From positions 1 through 35,863 of the forward strand of contig JBFILE010000001.1 in the NCBI GenBank assembly GCA_041599855.1: 35,863 bases of DNA, given 5' to 3'. Position 1 is the stretch's first letter. Each line of letters begins with the position of its first letter. The notes under the pieces are model-generated. The model saw nothing but the letters and a program-made list of their open reading frames with translations, was not told the origin of the DNA and did no database searches. This DNA is from Thermoplasmatota archaeon. Its GTDB lineage: Archaea > Thermoplasmatota > SW-10-69-26 > JACQPN01 > JAJPHT01. The position numbers and the translations under genes are program-made. This document shows, one piece after another, positions 22,601-31,025 of this stretch.

Positions 22601-25192
22601 TTGTCAACGGGTCGAACACGTGCCAAGGTCCGCCCTCCGCCCCAGCGGACGCCCCGCAGCATCGCCCGTGACGACTCCGGCAACATGATCCTGCTTGCCG
22701 GCATCGTCCTCGCCCTGGCTCTTGTGACCACCTCCATCGGCCTCACCCAGTTGAACGAGGCCGCCGGCGATTCCTCCGACACGAGCAAGACCACCTTCGT
22801 CGAGGAATGGCGCTTCATCCGGGAGCGCACGCGGGACGTGTACGCGAGCGCCATCGGGCTCACGAGCGACGCCTCCTCCGTCCACGAGGTCCTGAACACC
22901 ACGGTCCTCGAACTCGAATTCCTGCAGAACGGCCGAGGCTTCGACATGATCGCCATCCCCGCGAACGGGAGCGCCCCAACGAGTGAGTTGGATCTCGTGA
23001 ACGGGGCCAACCGGTACGATGACCTCGTGACGCTGGACGGGAAACGCCTCTACGGCGCGTACGACGGAACGAACGACGGCTACATCTGGACCGACGGCGG
23101 CGCGGGCTACCTCCAGGCCGTGGTCCTCTACTACTATTTCTCGAACACGCAGATGAACCTCACGGAGATCGCCATCATCTCCGTGAATGCCGAACCCTCG
23201 GGGGCTCCCACCGCGCCCCGGTATCTGGACCTGAACAGCGGCATTCCGTCAGGCGTGAGCGTTGGCGCCGGGAATGCCGCCTACGTGACCCTCGACTGGA
23301 ACGCGCCCGCATCCCCCGGCGGCGGACCCATCCGCAGCTACACGATCTACGCGGACAACACCCTGATCGCCACCGTGGACGGCGACGTCTACACGTACAA
23401 CGACACCGCGAGGATCCAGGGGACACTCGTCGACTACGCGGTCCGCGCAAACAACGCGTACGGAGCGAGTGACTCGGCCAGCGGCAACATCACCCCCGGT
23501 CAACCCCCGTACGCCCCTTCCGGCCTGACCGCAACCCCGGACGACACCGGGATCGACCTGTCATGGTCCGCACCTGCATCCGGAAGTGCCTCCCTGACGG
23601 GCTACTACCTGTACCGCGGAACAAACCCGTCCGCACTCGGCTACCTGTCCTCGACGGGCTCGTCCACGACCACCTACGAGGACAACACCGCAGTCCCCGG
23701 CACTTCGTACTATTACGCCGTCCGCGGACGCAGCGCCGTCGGTAGCGGGTCGAGCGCCACGGTGGGACCCGTGGTCCGCGTGGACGAGCCCGGGGCACCC
23801 AGATTCCTCATCGCAAACGCAGGAAACACGAACGTCACGGTCACCTGGTCCGCGCCCCAGAATGATGGCGGCGCCGCCATCACCGACTACCACGTGGCAC
23901 GAGGACCGTCCGCCGCGTCCCTGACCCGGATCGCGTCGGTCGGCACCGCACTGCAGTACCTCGATACGGGCTTGACCAACACCCAGCAGTACTACTACGC
24001 GATCACCGCCGAGAATACGGCTGGGGAGGGACCGGGAACCACGGCCGTGGCAGCCACCCCCCAGGAGGCTCCGTCCCCCCCGAACAACCCTCTCGCAACG
24101 CCTTCCGGCGGGTCGATCACCCTCACGTGGGACGCGCCGACATTCGTCAACGGGACGATCAGTGCGTATCGCGTATACAACGAAACCGGCGCGAGCCCGG
24201 TCCTGATGACCCAGGTGGCCACAACATCGGCCACCCTGACCGGACTCCACAACGGGTACACGTATTCCCTCTCCGTGTCGGCCGTTTCAACCGGTGGAGA
24301 GGGTGCCTCGACCATTCCCCTCGCCGCCATCCCCTGGCAGCCTGCTGCAGCCCCCACGTCCTTGACGGCGACGCCGGACAACGGCGAGAACGACCTCACA
24401 TGGACCCTGCCAACCGACACCGGCGGATTCCCGATCACGGCGGTGCGGGTATACGGTGGCGCCACGGATCCGCCTACGACCCTCATCGCGAGCATCGCCC
24501 CCGGCACGTCGTACAGCCACACGACCGTGGTGGCCGGGGTCACGTACCACTACCGGGTGGCCGCCGTCACCACGCACGGCGAGGGCACCCGCTCCAGCGT
24601 GGCAAGTGCCACCGCCGCGACTGCTCCCGGTGTGCCGCTGCTGCCGGCGGCCGTCGGGTCCCCGGCCCGCATCGATGTCTCATGGACACCCCCGACCCTT
24701 GACGGATGGTCCCCGATCACGAACTACAAGATCTACCGGGGAACCTCGCCCCTGTCGCTGTCGCTCCTTGCAACCGTCGGGGACACGTCCTCCTACGCCG
24801 ACACGAGCGTGACCAACCTCGTGACCTACTACTACACCATCTCGGCGGTGAACGCACTCGGTGAAAGCGCGCAATCGACAGTCACGAGTGGCATGCCCGT
24901 GGGGGCTCCGTCGGCGCCGCTGAACCTGGCCGCCGTGGGCCTCGCCCTCCGGATCGATCTCACGTGGGATGAGCCGGCGAGCGACGGGGGTAGTGCCATC
25001 ACGTCGTACCGCGTGTATGGCGGAACATCGCCCAACCCGACGGTGCTCATTGCAAGCGTGAGCGCGCCGACGCTGTCGTACTCGGCGACGGTTCCGGCCC
25101 TCGTGACATGGCACTACCGGGTCACGGCCGTGAATGCCGAAGGGGAAAGCACGTACTCGAACGAAGTGTCGGCCATGGCCACGCTCATCTGA
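22601..25192 (+). CDS. Pilin-like N-terminus fused to a ~190-aa domain and seven fibronectin type III domains (863 aa)
   Basis: N-terminus ...RSIARDDSGN-MILLAGIVLALALVTTSIG. Seven ~90-aa repeats each carry W (LDWNAP, LSWSAP, VTWSAP, LTWDAP, LTWTLP, VSWTPP, LTWDEP), Y.(I/V/L)Y and YYY/Y.V...N..GES, which are FN3 hallmarks. TTG 22601 is the only in-frame canonical start that retains the conserved D-x-G-N motif. ATG 22686 is the alternative. The rest of ORF 21401-25192 is an out-of-frame overlap with the platform gene. Confidence 0.7.
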   Translation: MSTGRTRAKVRPPPQRTPRSIARDDSGNMILLAGIVLALALVTTSIGLTQLNEAAGDSSDTSKTTFVEEWRFIRERTRDVYASAIGLTSDASSVHEVLNTTVLELEFLQNGRGFDMIAIPANGSAPTSELDLVNGANRYDDLVTLDGKRLYGAYDGTNDGYIWTDGGAGYLQAVVLYYYFSNTQMNLTEIAIISVNAEPSGAPTAPRYLDLNSGIPSGVSVGAGNAAYVTLDWNAPASPGGGPIRSYTIYADNTLIATVDGDVYTYNDTARIQGTLVDYAVRANNAYGASDSASGNITPGQPPYAPSGLTATPDDTGIDLSWSAPASGSASLTGYYLYRGTNPSALGYLSSTGSSTTTYEDNTAVPGTSYYYAVRGRSAVGSGSSATVGPVVRVDEPGAPRFLIANAGNTNVTVTWSAPQNDGGAAITDYHVARGPSAASLTRIASVGTALQYLDTGLTNTQQYYYAITAENTAGEGPGTTAVAATPQEAPSPPNNPLATPSGGSITLTWDAPTFVNGTISAYRVYNETGASPVLMTQVATTSATLTGLHNGYTYSLSVSAVSTGGEGASTIPLAAIPWQPAAAPTSLTATPDNGENDLTWTLPTDTGGFPITAVRVYGGATDPPTTLIASIAPGTSYSHTTVVAGVTYHYRVAAVTTHGEGTRSSVASATAATAPGVPLLPAAVGSPARIDVSWTPPTLDGWSPITNYKIYRGTSPLSLSLLATVGDTSSYADTSVTNLVTYYYTISAVNALGESAQSTVTSGMPVGAPSAPLNLAAVGLALRIDLTWDEPASDGGSAITSYRVYGGTSPNPTVLIASVSAPTLSYSATVPALVTWHYRVTAVNAEGESTYSNEVSAMATLI
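23198..25189 (+). repeat. Array of seven divergent FN3-encoding repeats (~270-290 nt each)
   Basis: Periodicity is at the protein level, as described for the CDS. The DNA copies are diverged and I saw no long exact repeats. Confidence 0.7.
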
Positions 25193-25830
25193 CGAATCGG
25201 ATCGGATTCGCGCGGGGGCGCGGGGGCGCGCGCCGCGGAACCCGGAACGGCCAAAGAGAACGGGGGAAATCAACCATCCGAATCAACAGCAATGAACCGG
25301 AACCACTCGATGATGCAGGCCACTTCCTGCTCCTGGCGGGGATCATCCTCGTCCTCGCGTTCACCGCGAGCGCCTACACCTACAGCCTTGTCACGGACCT
25401 GAATGCGTCCACGGCGCGGGACCAGGATGCCGGCCTCGTACCGGATTACCGGTTCATCCATGAGCACATGCGTGCCACCGTCCACTCGGGCACAAACAGC
25501 GATCTTTCCAACACGAGTGCCCTGGCACTCTTCGAATCCTCGGAAGCCACCATCCGCACCCTGGCCATCTCGCGCGGTCTCGAAGTGAGCCTCACCCTCG
25601 CCGGGAACAGTTCGGGCGCGGTCCGGGATGAGTATGACATCGGAGCCGGCGGCTGGGACTTCATCACCGATTATTTGGGAGCAACCCTGAGCGGCGATTA
25701 TGACGGCGGCAACGACGGCCTGCTGTGGCTGGGAGACTCCACGGGCCGCGTCCAGGCACTGGCGTATGAAATCCAGGTCCGGGACGACCGGATGACCGTG
25801 CAGGAAACCGTGATCCTCGCGGTGGATTAG
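25108..25830 (+). CDS. Small pilin-like protein (second N-terminal class); start codon unresolved
   Basis: ...NEPEPLDDAGH-FLLLAGIILVLAFTASAY aligns with the N-termini of the 22601, 26082 and 31025 proteins. The only canonical in-frame start upstream of this motif is ATG 25108. That start overlaps the previous gene by 85 nt and gives a ~70-aa basic leader. Confidence 0.55.
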   Translation: MALPGHGRECRRGKHVLERSVGHGHAHLTNRIGFARGRGGARRGTRNGQRERGKSTIRINSNEPEPLDDAGHFLLLAGIILVLAFTASAYTYSLVTDLNASTARDQDAGLVPDYRFIHEHMRATVHSGTNSDLSNTSALALFESSEATIRTLAISRGLEVSLTLAGNSSGAVRDEYDIGAGGWDFITDYLGATLSGDYDGGNDGLLWLGDSTGRVQALAYEIQVRDDRMTVQETVILAVD

Positions 25831-25947
25831 GCAAGGGCCGCGGCGGGCAGCAGGGCGCCCCCCCGAAATGCCACCCTGATGCCTGCGGTGGCGGCACCAA
25901 CGACGGCCACGCCTTCACGGCCGGTCGGGCCCCGCTCGGAGCAGCTG

Positions 25948-25971
25948 TGCGACCCCTGGGTCGGGGGTCGC
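25948..25971 (+). other. Perfect 9-bp stem hairpin (TGCGACCCC-tgggtc-GGGGTCGCA)
   Basis: Lies in the 251-nt gap between the 25108 and 26082 genes, 23 nt upstream of the TATA-like element at 25994. Could be a terminator, a processing site or an operator. Confidence 0.3.
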
Positions 25972-25993
25972 AGAACCCCCCTCATCCCATGCG

Positions 25994-26007
25994 TTAAATA
26001 AGGGAAG
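25994..26007 (+). promoter_or_regulatory. TATA-box-like element (TTAAATAAGGGAAG)
   Basis: Best TATA match in the window. If it is real, the GTG at 26007 cannot be the start, and ATG 26082 is the first start downstream of the expected TSS. Confidence 0.4.
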
Positions 26008-26081
26008 TGGGAGAGACGCAAGTCGGCGGACGTGCTGCAAGGCCTCTTCAATCGAGCTTCCAGCCCCCGCCGCGTGATACC

Positions 26082-29000
26082 ATGGGCGACGCAGGGAACA
26101 TCCACGTACTTGAAGCGATCCTCATCGGGATTGTCATGGTTGGTGCCATCAGCTTCGTCATCACGTTCGACGCGCCCACCACGACCACCGAACCGGAGCG
26201 TCGCGCCCTCGAGGAATCCGGGACGGACGCATTGAACATCATCTACGAGACCCCGCTCACCGATGTCCGATACGGCAACAACACATTGTCCAAGTTCATC
26301 GCCCTCGCCCTCCAGGGGAATACCGGACCCTTGAGCACGCGATTGGAGGAACTCCTCCCACCGGCGACCGCCTACAACGTCTACATCAACAACGGCTACG
26401 GGTCGCTGCCCGTGTACGTGAGCCATGAACCGTCCGGTGAGACCGTCACGTCCTCGAAACTCCTCGAACCGAAATGGACGTACGTGTTCACGGAACGCTC
26501 GCACTTCGTCACGTCGACCCCCACCAGTCTTGGGGTGTATGCGTTGCCCGTGTACAACTCGAACCCCGTCGATGATGGCGGTGTGCCCCTCGCCGTCCAC
26601 TTCTCGGGAATCATCCGCGACAGCGGCAGGACCTTCAACCTCACCTCGTACTATTCCACGATCCAGGGTGGCCCCGGGTCGATCACCACCAACGTCGGGC
26701 TGCATCTCCTGAACTCCGAAGGCGAAGCCATCACCCTCGTCGACCGGTCCTCGACGGACAACACGACCTACTACGTGGGCTACGAGGACGTGGCATCGTA
26801 CGGCCTCCCGACGGGAACGAAACTCATCATCCAGATCCCCCGGGGCTTCGACGTCACCGTGACCGCTGCCGAGAACGAGGACTGGACGATCCTCGAGACC
26901 GTGACCGGCAACTCCACGGGCGGCCGCATCGTCGCGGAACTCGCATCCACACTGAACCCCACGAAAGGCCATTTCGTGTTCCACATGGACAACGTCGTCG
27001 ACCTCTACGATTTCCACCAACTCGACATGCGCCTCGCCGGCACCGTCCAAGGCCGTGCGGAGGCCGTGATCCAGGTCCGGGATTCACCCGTCCCGACAGG
27101 CGGCGACTTCCATGGCGTGTACGCGTCCATCCCGAAACCCATGGGGAACGGCGAAGCCAACCAGTGGCTCGTCGGGTTCCTGAATCCGCGGAGCCTGATC
27201 ACGACGGCGAACGCGACACTCCTTGCCGGACTCGACCCGGATGACCCCGAAATCCAGGCGTCATCCCGGTCGATCACCCTCACCCACGTCCAGATCCGAC
27301 AGCCGGAAGGGAAATCCCTTTTCTCCGGCGTGAGCGTCCTGAATGGCGAGCCCGGGTGGTCCGTCACGTCCGCGTCGCGCCTCGACTGGACGGGGGAGCT
27401 GAACCTGACCTCGAATTCCATGGAGGAATGGACGCTGCAGGTCACCGGCACCGGAACCGGCACCCGCCGGGAGATCCGGAACTACGTGAACGTGGACGCC
27501 AACGTCGGATCCCACACGGAGACCCTCACCCGCCGCATCCTGCCTGCCGTATTCTACGACAATGTGCTCCCCGAAGGCGCGGTGCTGCCGTTCACCGGGT
27601 ACGAAACGACCGTCGGCAACGGGTACGCCCTCACCACGAACGCCATCCACCGCGGCGTCAACATCCCGGGATCCTGGCACTACAACATCACGCCGGTCGC
27701 GATCGAGCGCGACAACCTCAACCTCGTGAACATCACGCTCGAGGATACCCTCGTCCCCATCGGTTCGAGCGCCTACGTGAATGTGGACAACCACAACCTG
27801 CTCCTCACCCTCGCGGACCTCGGCATCCCCGCGACGACCACGTTCCGCGTGTATGCACCCTACGGTCTCGACAACCACACGGCTATCGAGACCTCATCCA
27901 TCACCGAGGGCGATGTCATGTCGTCCGGCGTTGCGAAGCTCCTCGTCCGGGATGTGAACGCCGACGGCGTCCAGGACGTCATCGTCGCCACCACAACCAA
28001 CAAGATCTTCGTCCTCGACGGCCGGACCGGCAGCAAGATGAGCGGGTACCAGTTGGCGCTCGATTCCTATCTGGAGGCCCAGGGATTGCCCACCGCGAAC
28101 ATGGGTGACCTGTCGATCATGACCGCGGCCCAGATCGACGGTGACACCGTGTATCTCCTGGGCATGGCGCAAGGGAAGCCGAACGTCTTCGCCATCAATG
28201 CGGACTTCACCGTCCGTTGGGCCCAGAGCACGTCCGCATCCTACGCAACCTACGAAGTGCGCGGATACACGGGGATCCCCGCCACCTTCGACGGGTTCGA
28301 CATCACGGCCATCGATGCCTCCGCGGACGTGAGCGGCGACGGGATCGCAGACGTGCTCGCGGCCGACTCGAACGGCATCGTCTTCGCATTCAACGGAACC
28401 ACGGGCGACCTCGTCCCGTCCTGGATCTACGACACCTCGGCCGAACGGGCTCTCGTCCGGGGCGGCGTCATCGGACAGGCGGCGACCGACGGTTGGTTCG
28501 TCACCACGGGCTCGGGCAGCAGTGTCGGACTGTCGCAACCGATCAACCTGACCGCGGGCACATACACGACGGACCCGGGCGCAGCGCTCACCGCGGAACT
28601 CCAGAAACCGTACGTGGACAACCGGAACCCCGGTCTTGTGGCCATCGGCCCGAACCGCGAAACACTCTGGTTCGTGAACGGTGGAAGTTTCGATGTGATC
28701 GACGCCGCCGACATCGACAATGACGGAGTCACGGATTTCGTGGGCGGTGCAGCGGACGGGTTCGTCTATGCCTACAACGGTACCCAATCCTCATTCCCGC
28801 TCTACGGCGAAATGTTCGCCACGGGAACCGAGATCGTGGACGTGGCTTGGCTGGATGCGGACACGGGATGGTCCGTGAGCAATGACGGGTACTTCATGTT
28901 CACGACAGACGGGTGGACGACACGGACGTACTACATGGACGAAGTGGCCGCGTACTATGCGTTCCCGGGTGCGAACACCTTGAGCTTCGCTGACGCGAAC

Positions 29001-31025
29001 ACGGGGTACGTGGCGGGCGATGCGGGGACCATGTGGAAGACGGAGACCGGAGGCACCACCTTCGGCGCCACCGCCTACCTGATCAAGGTCTGGATCCCCG
29101 GGGTCGGATACACGGCGACCCTTCCGGGGACCGGCGAAGTGGGACGGGATTTCGAGGACATGCACGCCTTCGACCCGTACACCGTGCTCACGGTGGGGAC
29201 CGTCTGCCCGAACTGCAACGGCCGGGCAACCGTCATCGGAACCTATGATGGCGGAACCAACTGGAAGGACGCGGAATGGTCCGGAGACCCCATCTCGAAG
29301 ACGCTCCACCGGATCATCGTGGTGGACCCGTTGAATGTGATCGTGGTGGGTCAGGACGGAGCCGTCGGGCACGGGTTCCGTGAATCCGACCAGACATGGA
29401 CGTTCACGAAATTGACCAGCGTGGCCGGCGGGGAAACCCTGTACGGCGGCTGGTTCCGTGACGTGACCACGGGCTGGGTCGTGGGCGAAAGCGGCGCCCT
29501 CTACAAGACCACCGACAGCGGCGCATCATGGTCGAAGATCACGGTTCCCACGAACCGGACGCTCCAGGACATCGATTTCCTTGATCCCGCAAAGGGACGC
29601 AACGGGGAATGGGGCGTCCTCGTCGGGGACGACAGCGTGTACATGGAGACCTACGACGGCGGCGCCACGTGGAACCTCCTGCCCCCGTACGCCCTCACGG
29701 ACTACAACCGCGTCAACGTGCTCGAGAACGACGTGGCGAACATCGCGGGCGGGAACACGACCACCCGCGCCTTTGCGCAGACCCACGCATACATGCCCGA
29801 ATCCGTGTTCCAGACCCACAACCTGAACACCCTCGCCGACGGATTCTACACGGACATCACCATCGTCACGGACCACCGGTACGCGGGCGCATCCACGACC
29901 ATCACGATGGAAGCCAGCGTCGACGGCACGAACTGGTTCCCCCTCGACCCGGAGCTCGCAGACGGCATCTACACCGGCACGTTCGGGAACGATTCGTTCT
30001 CGTCCCAGTATGTCGGCTCGGACCTCCACGTGCGGTTCACGCTCGGCGTCGACATCTCCCTGAACCAGAAGTCGTTCCGCGTGAATTCGTTCGCAATCGC
30101 CGCCGATTACGCCATCGGACAATCCACCGGCCAATGGACGGACACGTTCCTCGTGAACGCGGCCAACGCCGGCAAGGTGGACACGGCTGCCACGACTGCG
30201 GACTACAACGCCACGTACGGCCACATCAAGTCGGCCCTGCAGAACCGGATGTGGACGCTCCACGTGGACGGTGCCGTGAACGACCTCGCCATCGTGGCGG
30301 ACATGGACGGGGATGGCGGCATGGACGTGATCATCGGCATCGGTGAAACCCTGTCCGCGGCAAACCTCAGCGCCCTCGGCATCCCCGCAGGCCTCGTCGC
30401 GGATCAACAGAACCGGGTCATGGCATTCAACGGAACGAGTGGCCGTGGCCTGTGGGTGTCGCCGGAATTGCCGGGACCCGTCGTGTTCGTCCGATCCGCC
30501 CACCACGCCCACGCATACGACAGCGTGCCGGACGTGGCCGCCATCGTGCGCATGGAACCCGCGGGCGCCGGCAATTACGATCTCCTGTACTATCTGGACG
30601 GCCTGGACGGAAGCATTCTCGGCGACCCGGTGAACCTCACGATGCCCGTCACCGGGATCGAGGTCGGCGAACTGAAGGCATCGTCCCTCGGGAATGAACT
30701 GGCGATCGGCACATCGCCGCCGAGCACGGTCACACGTCCCGGCTACGCGTACACCTATCACGTCCCGACGGAGCCCGAACTCCTGTGGCGGACGAATCCC
30801 AGTTTCAAGGGCGTGTACTCGTTCACCTACGAGGTCGCCCGGAACAGCCTGTTCGGCGTGTACCCGGTCGAAATTGAAGTGTCGTGGACCACGGGGGCGG
30901 GGGTCGCCCTTGCCCAGCGTTCCCTCACGTACTTCGTGGTGACTCCGCCCAACGGCGCCATGCCCACGAGCCCCATCTACAACATCGAACTCGTCACGTG
31001 GTTCCGGGAGTGGGATCTCGAGTGA
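26082..31025 (+). CDS. Giant (1647 aa) pilin-like surface protein with FG-GAP/VCBS-like and BNR(Asp-box)/Ycf48-like beta-propeller regions
   Basis: N-terminus MGDAGN-IHVLEAILIGIVMVGAISFVITF. FG-GAP-like Ca-binding repeats: DVNADGVQDVIVA...FVLDGRTG (27951), DVSGDGIADVLAA...FAFNGTTG (28326), DIDNDGVTDFVGG...YAYNGT (28712), DMDGDGGMDVIIG...MAFNGTSG (30299). Asp-box / Ycf48-like repeats: TYDGGTNWKD (29241), TTDSGASWSKI (29508), TYDGGATWNLL (29649), plus GW.V(G/S)..G motifs. Many N-x-S/T sequons. Confidence 0.75.
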   Translation: MGDAGNIHVLEAILIGIVMVGAISFVITFDAPTTTTEPERRALEESGTDALNIIYETPLTDVRYGNNTLSKFIALALQGNTGPLSTRLEELLPPATAYNVYINNGYGSLPVYVSHEPSGETVTSSKLLEPKWTYVFTERSHFVTSTPTSLGVYALPVYNSNPVDDGGVPLAVHFSGIIRDSGRTFNLTSYYSTIQGGPGSITTNVGLHLLNSEGEAITLVDRSSTDNTTYYVGYEDVASYGLPTGTKLIIQIPRGFDVTVTAAENEDWTILETVTGNSTGGRIVAELASTLNPTKGHFVFHMDNVVDLYDFHQLDMRLAGTVQGRAEAVIQVRDSPVPTGGDFHGVYASIPKPMGNGEANQWLVGFLNPRSLITTANATLLAGLDPDDPEIQASSRSITLTHVQIRQPEGKSLFSGVSVLNGEPGWSVTSASRLDWTGELNLTSNSMEEWTLQVTGTGTGTRREIRNYVNVDANVGSHTETLTRRILPAVFYDNVLPEGAVLPFTGYETTVGNGYALTTNAIHRGVNIPGSWHYNITPVAIERDNLNLVNITLEDTLVPIGSSAYVNVDNHNLLLTLADLGIPATTTFRVYAPYGLDNHTAIETSSITEGDVMSSGVAKLLVRDVNADGVQDVIVATTTNKIFVLDGRTGSKMSGYQLALDSYLEAQGLPTANMGDLSIMTAAQIDGDTVYLLGMAQGKPNVFAINADFTVRWAQSTSASYATYEVRGYTGIPATFDGFDITAIDASADVSGDGIADVLAADSNGIVFAFNGTTGDLVPSWIYDTSAERALVRGGVIGQAATDGWFVTTGSGSSVGLSQPINLTAGTYTTDPGAALTAELQKPYVDNRNPGLVAIGPNRETLWFVNGGSFDVIDAADIDNDGVTDFVGGAADGFVYAYNGTQSSFPLYGEMFATGTEIVDVAWLDADTGWSVSNDGYFMFTTDGWTTRTYYMDEVAAYYAFPGANTLSFADANTGYVAGDAGTMWKTETGGTTFGATAYLIKVWIPGVGYTATLPGTGEVGRDFEDMHAFDPYTVLTVGTVCPNCNGRATVIGTYDGGTNWKDAEWSGDPISKTLHRIIVVDPLNVIVVGQDGAVGHGFRESDQTWTFTKLTSVAGGETLYGGWFRDVTTGWVVGESGALYKTTDSGASWSKITVPTNRTLQDIDFLDPAKGRNGEWGVLVGDDSVYMETYDGGATWNLLPPYALTDYNRVNVLENDVANIAGGNTTTRAFAQTHAYMPESVFQTHNLNTLADGFYTDITIVTDHRYAGASTTITMEASVDGTNWFPLDPELADGIYTGTFGNDSFSSQYVGSDLHVRFTLGVDISLNQKSFRVNSFAIAADYAIGQSTGQWTDTFLVNAANAGKVDTAATTADYNATYGHIKSALQNRMWTLHVDGAVNDLAIVADMDGDGGMDVIIGIGETLSAANLSALGIPAGLVADQQNRVMAFNGTSGRGLWVSPELPGPVVFVRSAHHAHAYDSVPDVAAIVRMEPAGAGNYDLLYYLDGLDGSILGDPVNLTMPVTGIEVGELKASSLGNELAIGTSPPSTVTRPGYAYTYHVPTEPELLWRTNPSFKGVYSFTYEVARNSLFGVYPVEIEVSWTTGAGVALAQRSLTYFVVTPPNGAMPTSPIYNIELVTWFREWDLE

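Noticed and set aside
25100-25200. Programmed -1 frameshift joining the FN3 gene (22601-25192) to the 25108 ORF.
   Set aside because: The frames are offset by -1, but there is no X-XXY-YYZ slippery heptamer in the overlap. Fusing an internal pilin signal after seven FN3 domains also makes no structural sense.
26007-26081. GTG 26007 as the start of the giant protein (ORF-track start).
   Set aside because: It lies 6 nt after the TATA-like box (25994-26001), so it would be upstream of the expected TSS. The pilin-like motif MGDAGN begins at ATG 26082 and aligns with the other class-2 N-termini.
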